Of a stretch of DNA of 32,000 nucleotides, positions 1-7,843 are shown one piece after another. Origin of the DNA: Thermodesulfobium acidiphilum (GTDB lineage: Bacteria; Thermodesulfobiota; Thermodesulfobiia; Thermodesulfobiales; Thermodesulfobiaceae); assembly GCF_003057965.1 (NCBI RefSeq), contig NZ_CP020921.1, positions 514,916-546,915 of the forward strand, given 5' to 3'. The translations under genes and the position numbers were made by a program. Under the pieces are notes generated by a model. The model was given only the letters and a program-made list of their open reading frames with translations. It was not told where the DNA came from and made no database searches. The first letter of the stretch is position 1, and every line of letters starts with the position of its first letter.

Positions 1-762
1 ATTACAGTAATTGCACCAGAAGACAAGCAAAAAATTGCACAAGAACTGCTCCAAAATCTTGATAAACCTCTTAAACAAATAGAAGTTCAGGTAATGGTTA
101 TTGAACTTGACAATCAGGGAATAAAACAATTAGGTATACAATGGCCAAATAATGTTCAGGTTTCCGGCAGTGTAACCGGTACAAGGACTTATGGTACCTC
201 AAAAAGTAAATCCAGCGTTTATACCGGTACGATTTCTAATATTACTGCAAGTCTTTATGCTCAGCTAAACAATAATAATGCAAAAATACTTTCAGATCCG
301 AGAATTCTTGCTTTGGATGGGCAGGATTCATATGTGTTTGCCGGTGATAAGTTGTATATACCTCAGGTATCTTCTGCTACTGGGGGTAACGTAACGTATA
401 CTACAAATGAGTATGACGTGGGAGTTTTGTTAAAAATTACTCCATTTATAGGCGAAAATGGAGAGATTACTATCCACGTGACTCCATCTGTTTCTGCATT
501 TAATGGCGATGTGACTCAGCTTCAGATTAATCAACCCTTTACTACGACTATAAGAGAAGCTGACGTTACAGCAAGAGTAAAAGATGGCCAAACATTTTAT
601 ATCGGTGGCCTAATTAACGATCAAGAGAGAAAACAAACTATTTCTGTACCGGGATTAGGAAATATGCCACTTCTTGGTCCAATGTTTAGATATGATTACA
701 CCATGAAGAGTAGGACAGAAGTGATATTCTTGCTTACACCTCATATTGTTAAAAATAGCTAG
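1..762 (+). CDS. Secretin (GspD/PilQ family), C-terminal part; gene starts upstream of the window
   Basis: Frame 1 is open from base 1 (ITVIAPEDKQKIAQELLQNLDKPLKQIEVQVMVIELD...), so listed ORF 94..762 is only the Met-delimited tail. It carries the secretin C-domain pattern: RILALDGQ, KITPFIGENGEITIHVTPSVS, TARVKDGQTFYIGGLI...SVPGLGNMPLLGPMFRY...EVIFLLTPHIV. Confidence 0.8.
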   Translation: MTVIAPEDKQKIAQELLQNLDKPLKQIEVQVMVIELDNQGIKQLGIQWPNNVQVSGSVTGTRTYGTSKSKSSVYTGTISNITASLYAQLNNNNAKILSDPRILALDGQDSYVFAGDKLYIPQVSSATGGNVTYTTNEYDVGVLLKITPFIGENGEITIHVTPSVSAFNGDVTQLQINQPFTTTIREADVTARVKDGQTFYIGGLINDQERKQTISVPGLGNMPLLGPMFRYDYTMKSRTEVIFLLTPHIVKNS

Positions 763-1571
763 TGTTAAAAAGATTTTCTTTTGTTATCTTAATAGTATGT
801 GGGGTATTGTTTCTTTTTGCGGGAAGTAGGGTATTACATACTGATAGACCTCAAAATGACAACGAGCCGGTTAAGGAGGAAGTTGTAAACAATCAAAACG
901 AGAGTATTACTCCTAAAGCTAGTAACAAAAGAACAGCTAAAGAACAAAAAGTTGATGAAGCATCTAAAATTTATAGTTCAAGATATGAGATAGATCGAAC
1001 AAAAGGCAAAACTGTAGTTCTTACATTTGATGCGGGAGCTGATGGTAGTAGGTTACCTGAAATTCTAGATATTTTATCAGAAAATCACGTGAAGGCAACC
1101 TTTTTTCTTACCGGACCCTTTTGTGAAAGGTATCCTAACCTTGTTAAAAAAATTACGGCGTATGGTTTTGAAGTTGGAAATCATTCTTATGCTCATAAAG
1201 ATATGACAACAATGTCGAACGAAGCAATTAGAGAAGACATACTTAAAGCTCAAGAAATAATTATCAGAACTACTGGACAGGATCCAAGGCCATGGTTTAG
1301 ACCTCCTTATGGAGCCAGGGATGATAGGGTTAGAGAGGTATTAAAATCTTTGGGATACGAAACAGTTTATTGGACTATCGATTCTCTTGATTGGGAAGAT
1401 AACATGACTGTTGAAAGGGAAAAAAATAGAATATATAATAATCTTAAAGATGGAAGTATAATCTTACTTCATATCGGAAGTAAAACAACTCCAATAATTC
1501 TTTCGGAAATGATAAAGTACTTTATAGGCAAGGGTTATAGAGTTACAGATCTGTCAGGTGCTCTTAGATAA
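762..1571 (+). CDS. Polysaccharide deacetylase (NodB / CE4 family), N-terminally membrane-anchored
   Basis: The GTG start overlaps the secretin TAG by 1 nt. The N-terminus is hydrophobic (FVILIVCGVLFLFAG). NodB motifs are present: LTFDAGADG, NHSYAHKDM, WFRPPYGARD, IILLHIG. Confidence 0.8.
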   Translation: MLKRFSFVILIVCGVLFLFAGSRVLHTDRPQNDNEPVKEEVVNNQNESITPKASNKRTAKEQKVDEASKIYSSRYEIDRTKGKTVVLTFDAGADGSRLPEILDILSENHVKATFFLTGPFCERYPNLVKKITAYGFEVGNHSYAHKDMTTMSNEAIREDILKAQEIIIRTTGQDPRPWFRPPYGARDDRVREVLKSLGYETVYWTIDSLDWEDNMTVEREKNRIYNNLKDGSIILLHIGSKTTPIILSEMIKYFIGKGYRVTDLSGALR

Positions 1572-1586
1572 GTAAGGAGGGCGTAT

Positions 1587-2045
1587 ATGAAAATTCTTGT
1601 AGCTGTCGATGGCACCAAGTATTCTAGAGAGGCAGTTTTGTGGGCAGTTAAAATAGCTAAAAAAGAAAAGGATGCTAAAATAATAGCACTCTATGTTGAA
1701 AGGCAGCTTTCGAGGGAAGATTATTTATTATCTGATGATGAAATTGATCTTAAAATTGAAAAAAAAGCAAATGATATATTTGTAAAATCGTTTGAAGATA
1801 TAGATATTGAGGGTGTCGAAGTTGAAAGAATAGTAGAAAGGGGTAGTCCTGCATCAAAAATATTAGATGTTTCTGATAGGGAAGATGTAGATTTGATAGT
1901 TGTTGGAAATAGATCGAGATCAGGAATTAGCAATTTCTTTTTGGGATCGGTGTCTGACAAAGTTTTTACTTATTCAGTAAGACCTGTTCTTGTTGTAAAG
2001 ACAAGAGAAAAAGAACCTGAAATAGAAACAGTAGCTATAACTTAG
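1587..2045 (+). CDS. Universal stress protein (UspA family)
   Basis: AAGGAGGG Shine-Dalgarno lies at 1572-1579. The sequence starts MKILVAVDGT and has the C-terminal ATP-binding motif LIVVGNRSRSGISNFFLGSVSDKV. Confidence 0.8.
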   Translation: MKILVAVDGTKYSREAVLWAVKIAKKEKDAKIIALYVERQLSREDYLLSDDEIDLKIEKKANDIFVKSFEDIDIEGVEVERIVERGSPASKILDVSDREDVDLIVVGNRSRSGISNFFLGSVSDKVFTYSVRPVLVVKTREKEPEIETVAIT

Positions 2046-3135
2046 TTTTAAAGATATTTTTAGCTTCTTTGTAATTATCAATAAGAGAAAGCGTAATTTT
2101 TTCCCAGGAGAAATTTATTGCATAAGGTCTTGCTTTTTTTTCCAGTTCTGTTCTTGCATCTTTATTTTTAATCAAATAACATATTTTTTGTGCAAGATCA
2201 TTTGGATCGTTTGGTTCAACTAATAAACCATATTGACCATTTTTTAAAAGACTTCTAAAACCAGTGATGTTTGAAGCAACAACTGCTGTCCCGCATGAAA
2301 GTGCTTCTAGAATAGTCATACCGAAACTTTCGCCACCTAATGCTGGTGAACAAAATATCCAGGCTTTTGAGTATTCTCTTGCAAGGTCTTCTTCGCTTAA
2401 TTCTCCAAGAAACTTTATGCCATCAAGATCTTGAAATTTGTTAATTCTTTTTTCAGTAGAATATCCAGCAATTCTAAGTTGCGCATCAGGGAATTTTTTG
2501 AAAATTTTATTCCATGCTCTTAATAGCACATCAAGCCCTTTTCTTTTTTCAAGTCTTCCAACAAAAAGTATTGTCGGTTGTTGAAATTTTTCAGAGGGGG
2601 CAAATATGTCAATATTAACTCCATTTGGTATGATTTTAAAATCTCCATTAATATATTGTTCTGCAAAGTGCATTGATGCTTCTGAAACAGCAATTTTAAC
2701 ATTTATCCTTTCGGAAAATTTTTTTGAAATTGGTTTAAACCATTCAAAGGGGAAAGGTATATCAGAATAGGCGTGAAAAGTACCTACTATTGGTTTATTT
2801 ATAGTAAATATAGAAAAAAGAGATGGACCTGGTGCAAATGGTTCGTGTATGTGCCATATATCGAAGTTTTCTTTAAGCAAAAGTATTTTTCCGAGAGCTC
2901 CTGGGGTAGGTGCAAGTCTTGCTATAGAACCATTTGTCATAAAAGGAAAAGATCTACCTACTGTGTGAAATCTTGAGTGATCAATATTGTAGGCAAGTGG
3001 TTTTCCTGGTTCTGCAGGAGCAATTATGTGCGTTTCTATGTTGTATTTGTCAAAGAATTTCTGTAGAAAAAAAAGGTGAGTATTAACTCCTCCTTTAAAG
3101 GAGAAAGAGTATGGGCTGACAAGGGCTACCTTCAT
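2035..3135 (-). CDS. pimA: GT4 glycosyltransferase, PimA-like (putative phosphatidylinositol alpha-mannosyltransferase)
   Basis: It resembles my recollection of mycobacterial PimA along its full length: MKVALVSPYSFSFKGGVNTHL, NGSIARL, WHIHEPFAPGPS, PIVGTFHAY, KIAVSEAS, IPNGVNIDIF, GGESFGMTILEALSCGTAVVASN (GT4 E-x7-E region). Its ATGA start overlaps the upstream acyltransferase stop. The GT4 family call is firm; the sugar and acceptor specificity are inferred. Confidence 0.7.
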   Translation of the reverse strand: MKVALVSPYSFSFKGGVNTHLFFLQKFFDKYNIETHIIAPAEPGKPLAYNIDHSRFHTVGRSFPFMTNGSIARLAPTPGALGKILLLKENFDIWHIHEPFAPGPSLFSIFTINKPIVGTFHAYSDIPFPFEWFKPISKKFSERINVKIAVSEASMHFAEQYINGDFKIIPNGVNIDIFAPSEKFQQPTILFVGRLEKRKGLDVLLRAWNKIFKKFPDAQLRIAGYSTEKRINKFQDLDGIKFLGELSEEDLAREYSKAWIFCSPALGGESFGMTILEALSCGTAVVASNITGFRSLLKNGQYGLLVEPNDPNDLAQKICYLIKNKDARTELEKKARPYAINFSWEKITLSLIDNYKEAKNIFKTKL

Positions 3136-3998
3136 TCGTAATCATCTCCAATCCAATTGGGTTGAAAGATAAACCATTGTGTTGGACTGATCTTTATCAT
3201 TTCTTCTAGATTTTTTATTAATAAATTTGTTATTTCTTCCTTTGAACTTTCACTTTTATACTCTATTTCTTTGAAGTATATTTGATATTTTTTGTTTAAT
3301 CTATACAAACCAGCTATAAAAAGTTTTGGGTTAGTTCTCTTTATTAAAATTGAAGGTCCATCGTTGAAGATACATTCTCTTCCAAAAAATGTTGTTTTTA
3401 TTCCGTGTTTTGTTAAGTTTCTGTCGACTACAAGTGCTATTACATTGCCTTTTTTTAACTCTTTTAAAGACTTTATTCCAGTAGATTCATTAAGTGGAAT
3501 TGTTTCTAATCCAGCTTTTTCTCTTGTCCATTTAAAAAATTTAAACAGCCATTTGGGCTTTATTGACTCAGCTACTGCAAATGTTTTTTTGTTACACTCT
3601 TTTGATATTGATGATATTATGTAAGACCCTAGGTCCCAATTGCCAAAGTGAGCAGTAATAACAACTATGCCTTTATCATTTGCTTTTAGAAAACAATTTC
3701 TTAATATTGAATATGATTCTTGAAAGTTATTGATAAAGTATTTAGTAAATTTTATTAAAAGCGGCAATAAAATTATTTCAAGATAATAAATTGAGTAATT
3801 ATAAAAGTTTTGACTGACAAGAATATTTAACTCTTTTTCGCTTAAATTTGGAAATAAATTTTTAAATCTTAATTTTGCTAAACGAAATCCTTTTTTATGA
3901 AGTGATTTCATAAAAAAGGAAATAGGACGTGCAAAAAACCTTATATTTTCGAATATAAAATAACACAGAAAAATTTTAATCCTTTCTTTAAAAAACAT
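3132..3998 (-). CDS. Lysophospholipid/lipid A-type acyltransferase (LpxL/HtrB/PatA family), copy 1
   Basis: It has the HX4D catalytic motif ITAHFGNWD about 117 aa from a hydrophobic N-terminus, and the family-typical C-terminal PTQWFIFQPNW. It sits between the CDP-alcohol transferase and the pimA-like gene, as patA does in mycobacteria. Confidence 0.7.
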   Translation of the reverse strand: MFFKERIKIFLCYFIFENIRFFARPISFFMKSLHKKGFRLAKLRFKNLFPNLSEKELNILVSQNFYNYSIYYLEIILLPLLIKFTKYFINNFQESYSILRNCFLKANDKGIVVITAHFGNWDLGSYIISSISKECNKKTFAVAESIKPKWLFKFFKWTREKAGLETIPLNESTGIKSLKELKKGNVIALVVDRNLTKHGIKTTFFGRECIFNDGPSILIKRTNPKLFIAGLYRLNKKYQIYFKEIEYKSESSKEEITNLLIKNLEEMIKISPTQWFIFQPNWIGDDYE

Positions 3999-4050
3999 TC
4001 TTATGCCTTACTTTAAGAGAGTTTAAAATTCCTGACAAGGATATAGCTTT

Positions 4051-4629
4051 TCAATTTTGTTTATATCCCTTGAATGCTATTAAAATTCTTTGAAAAGTTG
4101 TAAATATCGAAAGTATTGTAAGTATTATAAGTCCCTGTAATAAATAGCCAGTTGCCAAAAACACAACTAGCAATAAAAGCCTTTCTGGTCTTTGCATAAG
4201 TCCACCCTTGATAGGAACATTGTCGCATTCTGCTCTTGCCTTCGAGTAAGATATCATGTAAGAAAAAACCATTGATAAAAAAGAGAAAATTATAATAAGA
4301 TTATTAGTATTTATGATTCCATATATGGCTATAAAAGTAAAAATAAAGCCTTCAGATAGCCTATCAAGAGTTGAATCTAAAAAACCTCCAAATTTGGTTA
4401 TTTTCCCGGAAATTCTTGCAACCAACCCATCTACAGAGTCGAATGAAACTGCAATTAATAAAAGCAAAGCGCTAATTATATTTGGAAGAAATATAATTGA
4501 AAGTGATGCAAGAAAGGTTGTTATAGTGCAAAAAATAGTTATAGAATTTGGAGAAATATTCATTTTTGATAAAAGTTTTGCTATAGGATAAATAATTGGT
4601 TTTATTAATTTTCTTTTATCTATTTCCAT
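4051..4629 (-). CDS. CDP-alcohol phosphatidyltransferase, putative phosphatidylinositol-phosphate (PIP) synthase
   Basis: The complete signature D-x2-D-G-x2-A-R-x8-G-x3-D-x3-D is present in FDSVDGLVARISGKITKFGGFLDSTLDRL. The protein is multi-pass hydrophobic. The substrate assignment is inferred from operon context with ino1. Confidence 0.75.
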   Translation of the reverse strand: MEIDKRKLIKPIIYPIAKLLSKMNISPNSITIFCTITTFLASLSIIFLPNIISALLLLIAVSFDSVDGLVARISGKITKFGGFLDSTLDRLSEGFIFTFIAIYGIINTNNLIIIFSFLSMVFSYMISYSKARAECDNVPIKGGLMQRPERLLLLVVFLATGYLLQGLIILTILSIFTTFQRILIAFKGYKQN

Positions 4630-5350
4630 TTATCAGTTTGCTACCTATTTTTTGTGCGATATTTTTTATATCTGAATTTAGTCTTGTTTTAGCAATTCTT
4701 ATATGATCCTTAACACTCCAAAACTCTCCATATGCTCTGGTTTGTCTATTTATAATAGCGTTTTTCACGTCTTCGAGATTTTTTATACTTTTGGGGAACA
4801 AAGTGTATGCACTTCCTATTGTGTCCAGCGTATGAGAATCAGTACCGGCAAGTTCTGCCAATTTTAAAATTTTATTTAGTTCTATTACCTTTTGCCTGAC
4901 TACTCTACCAGCAAGCGTAGGATTTATTATTTCTATTGCATCTGGTTTTGGAAAGGTTTCTTTTTTAAATATATTTTTTATACAACGAAGTGAGACGCTA
5001 TACGTTAAAGGACTCATTGGATGAGGAAGAACTATTATTCCGCCTGATTCATACGTTATTTCTATAGTTTTATAAATACTGGTAAATTTCCTTATGTGTT
5101 TGTCTATAAAAAGACAAATTATGTGACCTTGTAGGGTAGTTACTTCAACTCCAGGAACTACAATTATTCCATATTTTTCTCCTAATTCAACAGCCTTTAG
5201 GGATCCCTTTATATTGTCATGATCTGTTATGGCAATTATTTTGAGATCCGTATAGTTTGCTACATATCTAACTATTTCTTCCGGTGACGCTATTCCATCG
5301 CTGAAACTGCTGTGTATGTGAAGATCGGCTTTAACAAAATTTTTATCCAT
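4616..5350 (-). CDS. PHP-domain metal-dependent phosphoesterase (TrpH/YciV-like), copy 1
   Basis: PHP motifs are present: DLHIHSSFSDG, IIAITDHDNIKG, PGVEVTT, VLPHP, AGTDSH. It overlaps the upstream gene by 8 nt and the downstream gene by 14 nt. Confidence 0.75.
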   Translation of the reverse strand: MDKNFVKADLHIHSSFSDGIASPEEIVRYVANYTDLKIIAITDHDNIKGSLKAVELGEKYGIIVVPGVEVTTLQGHIICLFIDKHIRKFTSIYKTIEITYESGGIIVLPHPMSPLTYSVSLRCIKNIFKKETFPKPDAIEIINPTLAGRVVRQKVIELNKILKLAELAGTDSHTLDTIGSAYTLFPKSIKNLEDVKNAIINRQTRAYGEFWSVKDHIRIAKTRLNSDIKNIAQKIGSKLINGNR

Positions 5351-6119
5351 TTTTTATCTCCATTGGCAAAAAAATATACCACTGTTGTGGATAAGTTTTT
5401 ACGTATTTTTCAAAATAATTTACCCATTCTTGCATTGTGGCTTTGTAGTCCTTTTTTGGCTTAATATATTCTTCTATGTAGCAATCAAAACTAAATGGTT
5501 GCTTCCTGATTATAAATACTGGTAGAATTGGACACTGCCTTGAAGATGCTATCTGAAAAGCTGCTTTCGGAAAAGGAATTTTATGATTTAAAAAATTTAT
5601 ATATTCAGATGGATGATTTGAAGCTATATCACTAAGCATACATAAAATTTGATTTTTCTTAAGCGAGCTTATTATTTCTCTTAATCCACCTTTTGCAGGA
5701 ATCACATCAAAGCCAATTCTTGAACGGATTAATTTTATTAAATGACCAGCAAAAGGGAAATCAAGGTTTGCAACAACTTTTAATTTGATACCTCTGTGTT
5801 CAAATAAACTTCCTGCATCCCAGTTGCCTATATGTGCCGTATTCACTATTACCCCTCTTTTCAAAGATAAAGCTTCATCAAGTCTTTCTAAATTAAAAAA
5901 ATTTATATTAAAACTCTTTTTATTTAAAACTAATACTAATACTTCGTATATATAGTCGCTATATGATACAAGAGCTTCTTTGGCAAGCGTTTCATAATCT
6001 GGATGATTGGATGCATTGCCTATTATTTTATAGTTGTTTAATATAATTTCCCTCTTTTTTTTATTATCCCAATAAATACCAAAAATAACTCTTTTAATTA
6101 TTTTTTTTATTAATAACAG
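5343..6119 (-). CDS. LpxL/HtrB/PatA-family acyltransferase, copy 2 (N-terminus extended beyond the listed ORF; proposed CTG start)
   Basis: Listed ORF 5343..5864 starts at a TTG only 9 codons before the catalytic NTAHIGNWD (HX4D). The same frame stays open for 89 more codons, to a stop at 6134-6132. That extension encodes family-like sequence (REIILNNYKIIGNASNHPDYETLAKEALVSYSDYIYE...LERLDEALSLKRG) with no ATG/GTG/TTG. AAAGGGAG (6133-6126) is followed by 6 nt and then CTG (6119-6117), 1 nt after the ino1 stop. Confidence 0.6.
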   Translation of the reverse strand: MLLIKKIIKRVIFGIYWDNKKKREIILNNYKIIGNASNHPDYETLAKEALVSYSDYIYEVLVLVLNKKSFNINFFNLERLDEALSLKRGVIVNTAHIGNWDAGSLFEHRGIKLKVVANLDFPFAGHLIKLIRSRIGFDVIPAKGGLREIISSLKKNQILCMLSDIASNHPSEYINFLNHKIPFPKAAFQIASSRQCPILPVFIIRKQPFSFDCYIEEYIKPKKDYKATMQEWVNYFEKYVKTYPQQWYIFLPMEIKNG

Positions 6120-6120
6120 A

Positions 6121-7185
6121 TTATTCTCCCTTTATAAAACTTTCAAGCATTGCTCTTGCTTGTGTGTCAGGATATTGTACTGGGGGGCTTTTCATGAGGT
6201 ATGCGCAAGCGCTGATTATTGGCCCACCTAATTTTCTATCTTTTGCTAACTTTACCAGCCTTAGTGCATCAACTATTATTCCCGCAGAATTTGGGGAATC
6301 CCATACCTCTAATTTGCATTCTATATTCAATGGGACTTCACCAAAAGCTTTGCTTTCTATCCTTATATATGCCCATTTCCTATCATGTAACCATGGAATA
6401 TAGTCTGAGGGCCCTATGTGTATATTTTCTTCTGACATAGGTTCTGGCATTAATGAGTTTACAGCATTTGTTTTGCTAATCTTTTTTGATTCCAGTCTTT
6501 CTCTTTCTAGCATATTTAAGAAATCCAAATTACCCCCAACGTTGAGTTGGAACGTTCTCTCTATTTCAAGACCCCTGTCAAGGCAAATTTGAGTAAGGGC
6601 CCTATGTAAAATTGTAGCACCAAGCTGAGATTTTATGTCGTCACCTATTATTGGCAAATTTTTGTCTTCAAATTTCTTTGCCCAATCACTATTGCTTGCT
6701 ATAAAAACGGGAATCGCATTAATAACGCCTAGATTTGCTTCTAATGCACAGTTCATGTAGAATTCTGTAGCTTTTTGACTCCCCACAGGTAAATAGTTTA
6801 TTAAAACATCTGCCTTTGATTCTTTTAAAACTTTTACTACATCAACTGGTTCTTTTTTCGATTCTATAATTGCTTTTGCAGCATATTTGCCAATTCCATC
6901 ATTCGTGTGTCCTCTCATAACAGTTACGCCTAAGTTTGGAACGTCATGAAGCTTTATGGTATTATTAGGCGCTGTAAATATGGCTTCAGAGAGATCTTTG
7001 TCTACTTTTCTTTCGTCAATATCAAAGGCGGCCACGAAACGAATATTTTCTAATTTATATGGACCAATCTTTTCATGAATTAAACCGATGGGTTTTTTGT
7101 GTGAGTTTTTATAAAATTCAACACCTTGCACTAAAGAGGAGGCACAATTCCCAACCCCAACTATTGCAACTCTTATTTCTTGCAT
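6121..7185 (-). CDS. ino1: myo-Inositol-1-phosphate synthase (MIPS)
   Basis: The N-terminal Rossmann motif is IRVAIVGVGNCASSLVQG. The length (354 aa from this start) and overall pattern fit short bacterial/archaeal MIPS. I place the start at ATG 7185-7183, preceded by GAAAGGAG and 1 nt after the upstream TAA. The 25-codon extension of listed ORF 6121..7260 would overlap the upstream gene. Confidence 0.8.
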   Translation of the reverse strand: MQEIRVAIVGVGNCASSLVQGVEFYKNSHKKPIGLIHEKIGPYKLENIRFVAAFDIDERKVDKDLSEAIFTAPNNTIKLHDVPNLGVTVMRGHTNDGIGKYAAKAIIESKKEPVDVVKVLKESKADVLINYLPVGSQKATEFYMNCALEANLGVINAIPVFIASNSDWAKKFEDKNLPIIGDDIKSQLGATILHRALTQICLDRGLEIERTFQLNVGGNLDFLNMLERERLESKKISKTNAVNSLMPEPMSEENIHIGPSDYIPWLHDRKWAYIRIESKAFGEVPLNIECKLEVWDSPNSAGIIVDALRLVKLAKDRKLGGPIISACAYLMKSPPVQYPDTQARAMLESFIKGE

Positions 7186-7186
7186 T

Positions 7187-7843
7187 TTATAACTCCTTTC
7201 TTTTTTGAAAACTTGCTGATATTTTATAAAAGATATTCTCAAGAAAAAAATATTTTCCAACTATTTTGGCTTCACTCAAAATTTTTACCAAATTTTCTCT
7301 CGAAACGTTTAGTTCTGTTTCAACATAAGAATAGGTTTTACCGAATCCTTCTATTGAGTGTGCATCACTTCCTGCTGCAACCACCTTTCTATTTTTTGTT
7401 GCAAACTCTTTAGCAAGAAAATTTTCATAGGGCAACGATTTAGCATTAAACGATTCAATTATATCAAATTCATCTAAGAGAGCTCTTTTAACAGAATTTT
7501 TTAATGCACTTCTAAAAAAGGAAAACGGATGAGGAAGATATACAAGAGCATTCTGCGCTCTAATTTGCTTTATAGTTTCAGATGCGCTCAGATATGGTTT
7601 AATTTCTTTTTGTAGGAATAGTCCAATTATTTCTCCTTGAGTAGTAAGAATTTCTTCTCCTATAATAATTTCAATATCCCTTATTCTATCCCTTGCAATC
7701 AGTGCCCCCTTTATCGTGTTGTGATCGGTAATGGCGATTACGTTTATGCCACTTAGTATAGACTTTTTGTGCAGTTGTTCTATAGAAATATTTGAATCTT
7801 TAGAAAAATCAGTATGAACGTGTAAGTCTATTTTATATTTCAT
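7187..7843 (-). CDS. PHP-domain metal-dependent phosphoesterase, copy 2 (paralog of 4616..5350)
   Basis: PHP motifs are present: DLHVHTDFSKDS, VIAITDHNTIKG, IGEEILTTQGEIIGLF, YLPHP, AAGSDAHS. The motif order matches copy 1. Its ATGA start overlaps the nth stop. Confidence 0.75.
   Translation of the reverse strand: MKYKIDLHVHTDFSKDSNISIEQLHKKSILSGINVIAITDHNTIKGALIARDRIRDIEIIIGEEILTTQGEIIGLFLQKEIKPYLSASETIKQIRAQNALVYLPHPFSFFRSALKNSVKRALLDEFDIIESFNAKSLPYENFLAKEFATKNRKVVAAGSDAHSIEGFGKTYSYVETELNVSRENLVKILSEAKIVGKYFFLENIFYKISASFQKRKEL

Noticed and set aside
4051-7185. An alternative reading of ino1 plus the CDP-alcohol transferase as a di-myo-inositol-phosphate (compatible solute) pathway, as in hyperthermophiles.
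   Set aside because: No cytidylyltransferase (IPCT) domain is fused to or adjacent to the 192-aa transferase. The operon also contains two lipid acyltransferases and a PimA-like GT4, which fits membrane inositol lipids better. This reading is not formally excluded without phylogeny.
7186-7260. A 25-codon N-terminal extension of the MIPS ORF (MENIFFLRISFIKYQQVFKKERSYK), and the plus-strand ORF 7180-7413.
   Set aside because: The extension overlaps the 3' end of the upstream PHP gene. The internal ATG at 7185 has a GAAAGGAG Shine-Dalgarno and begins directly at the conserved Rossmann motif.
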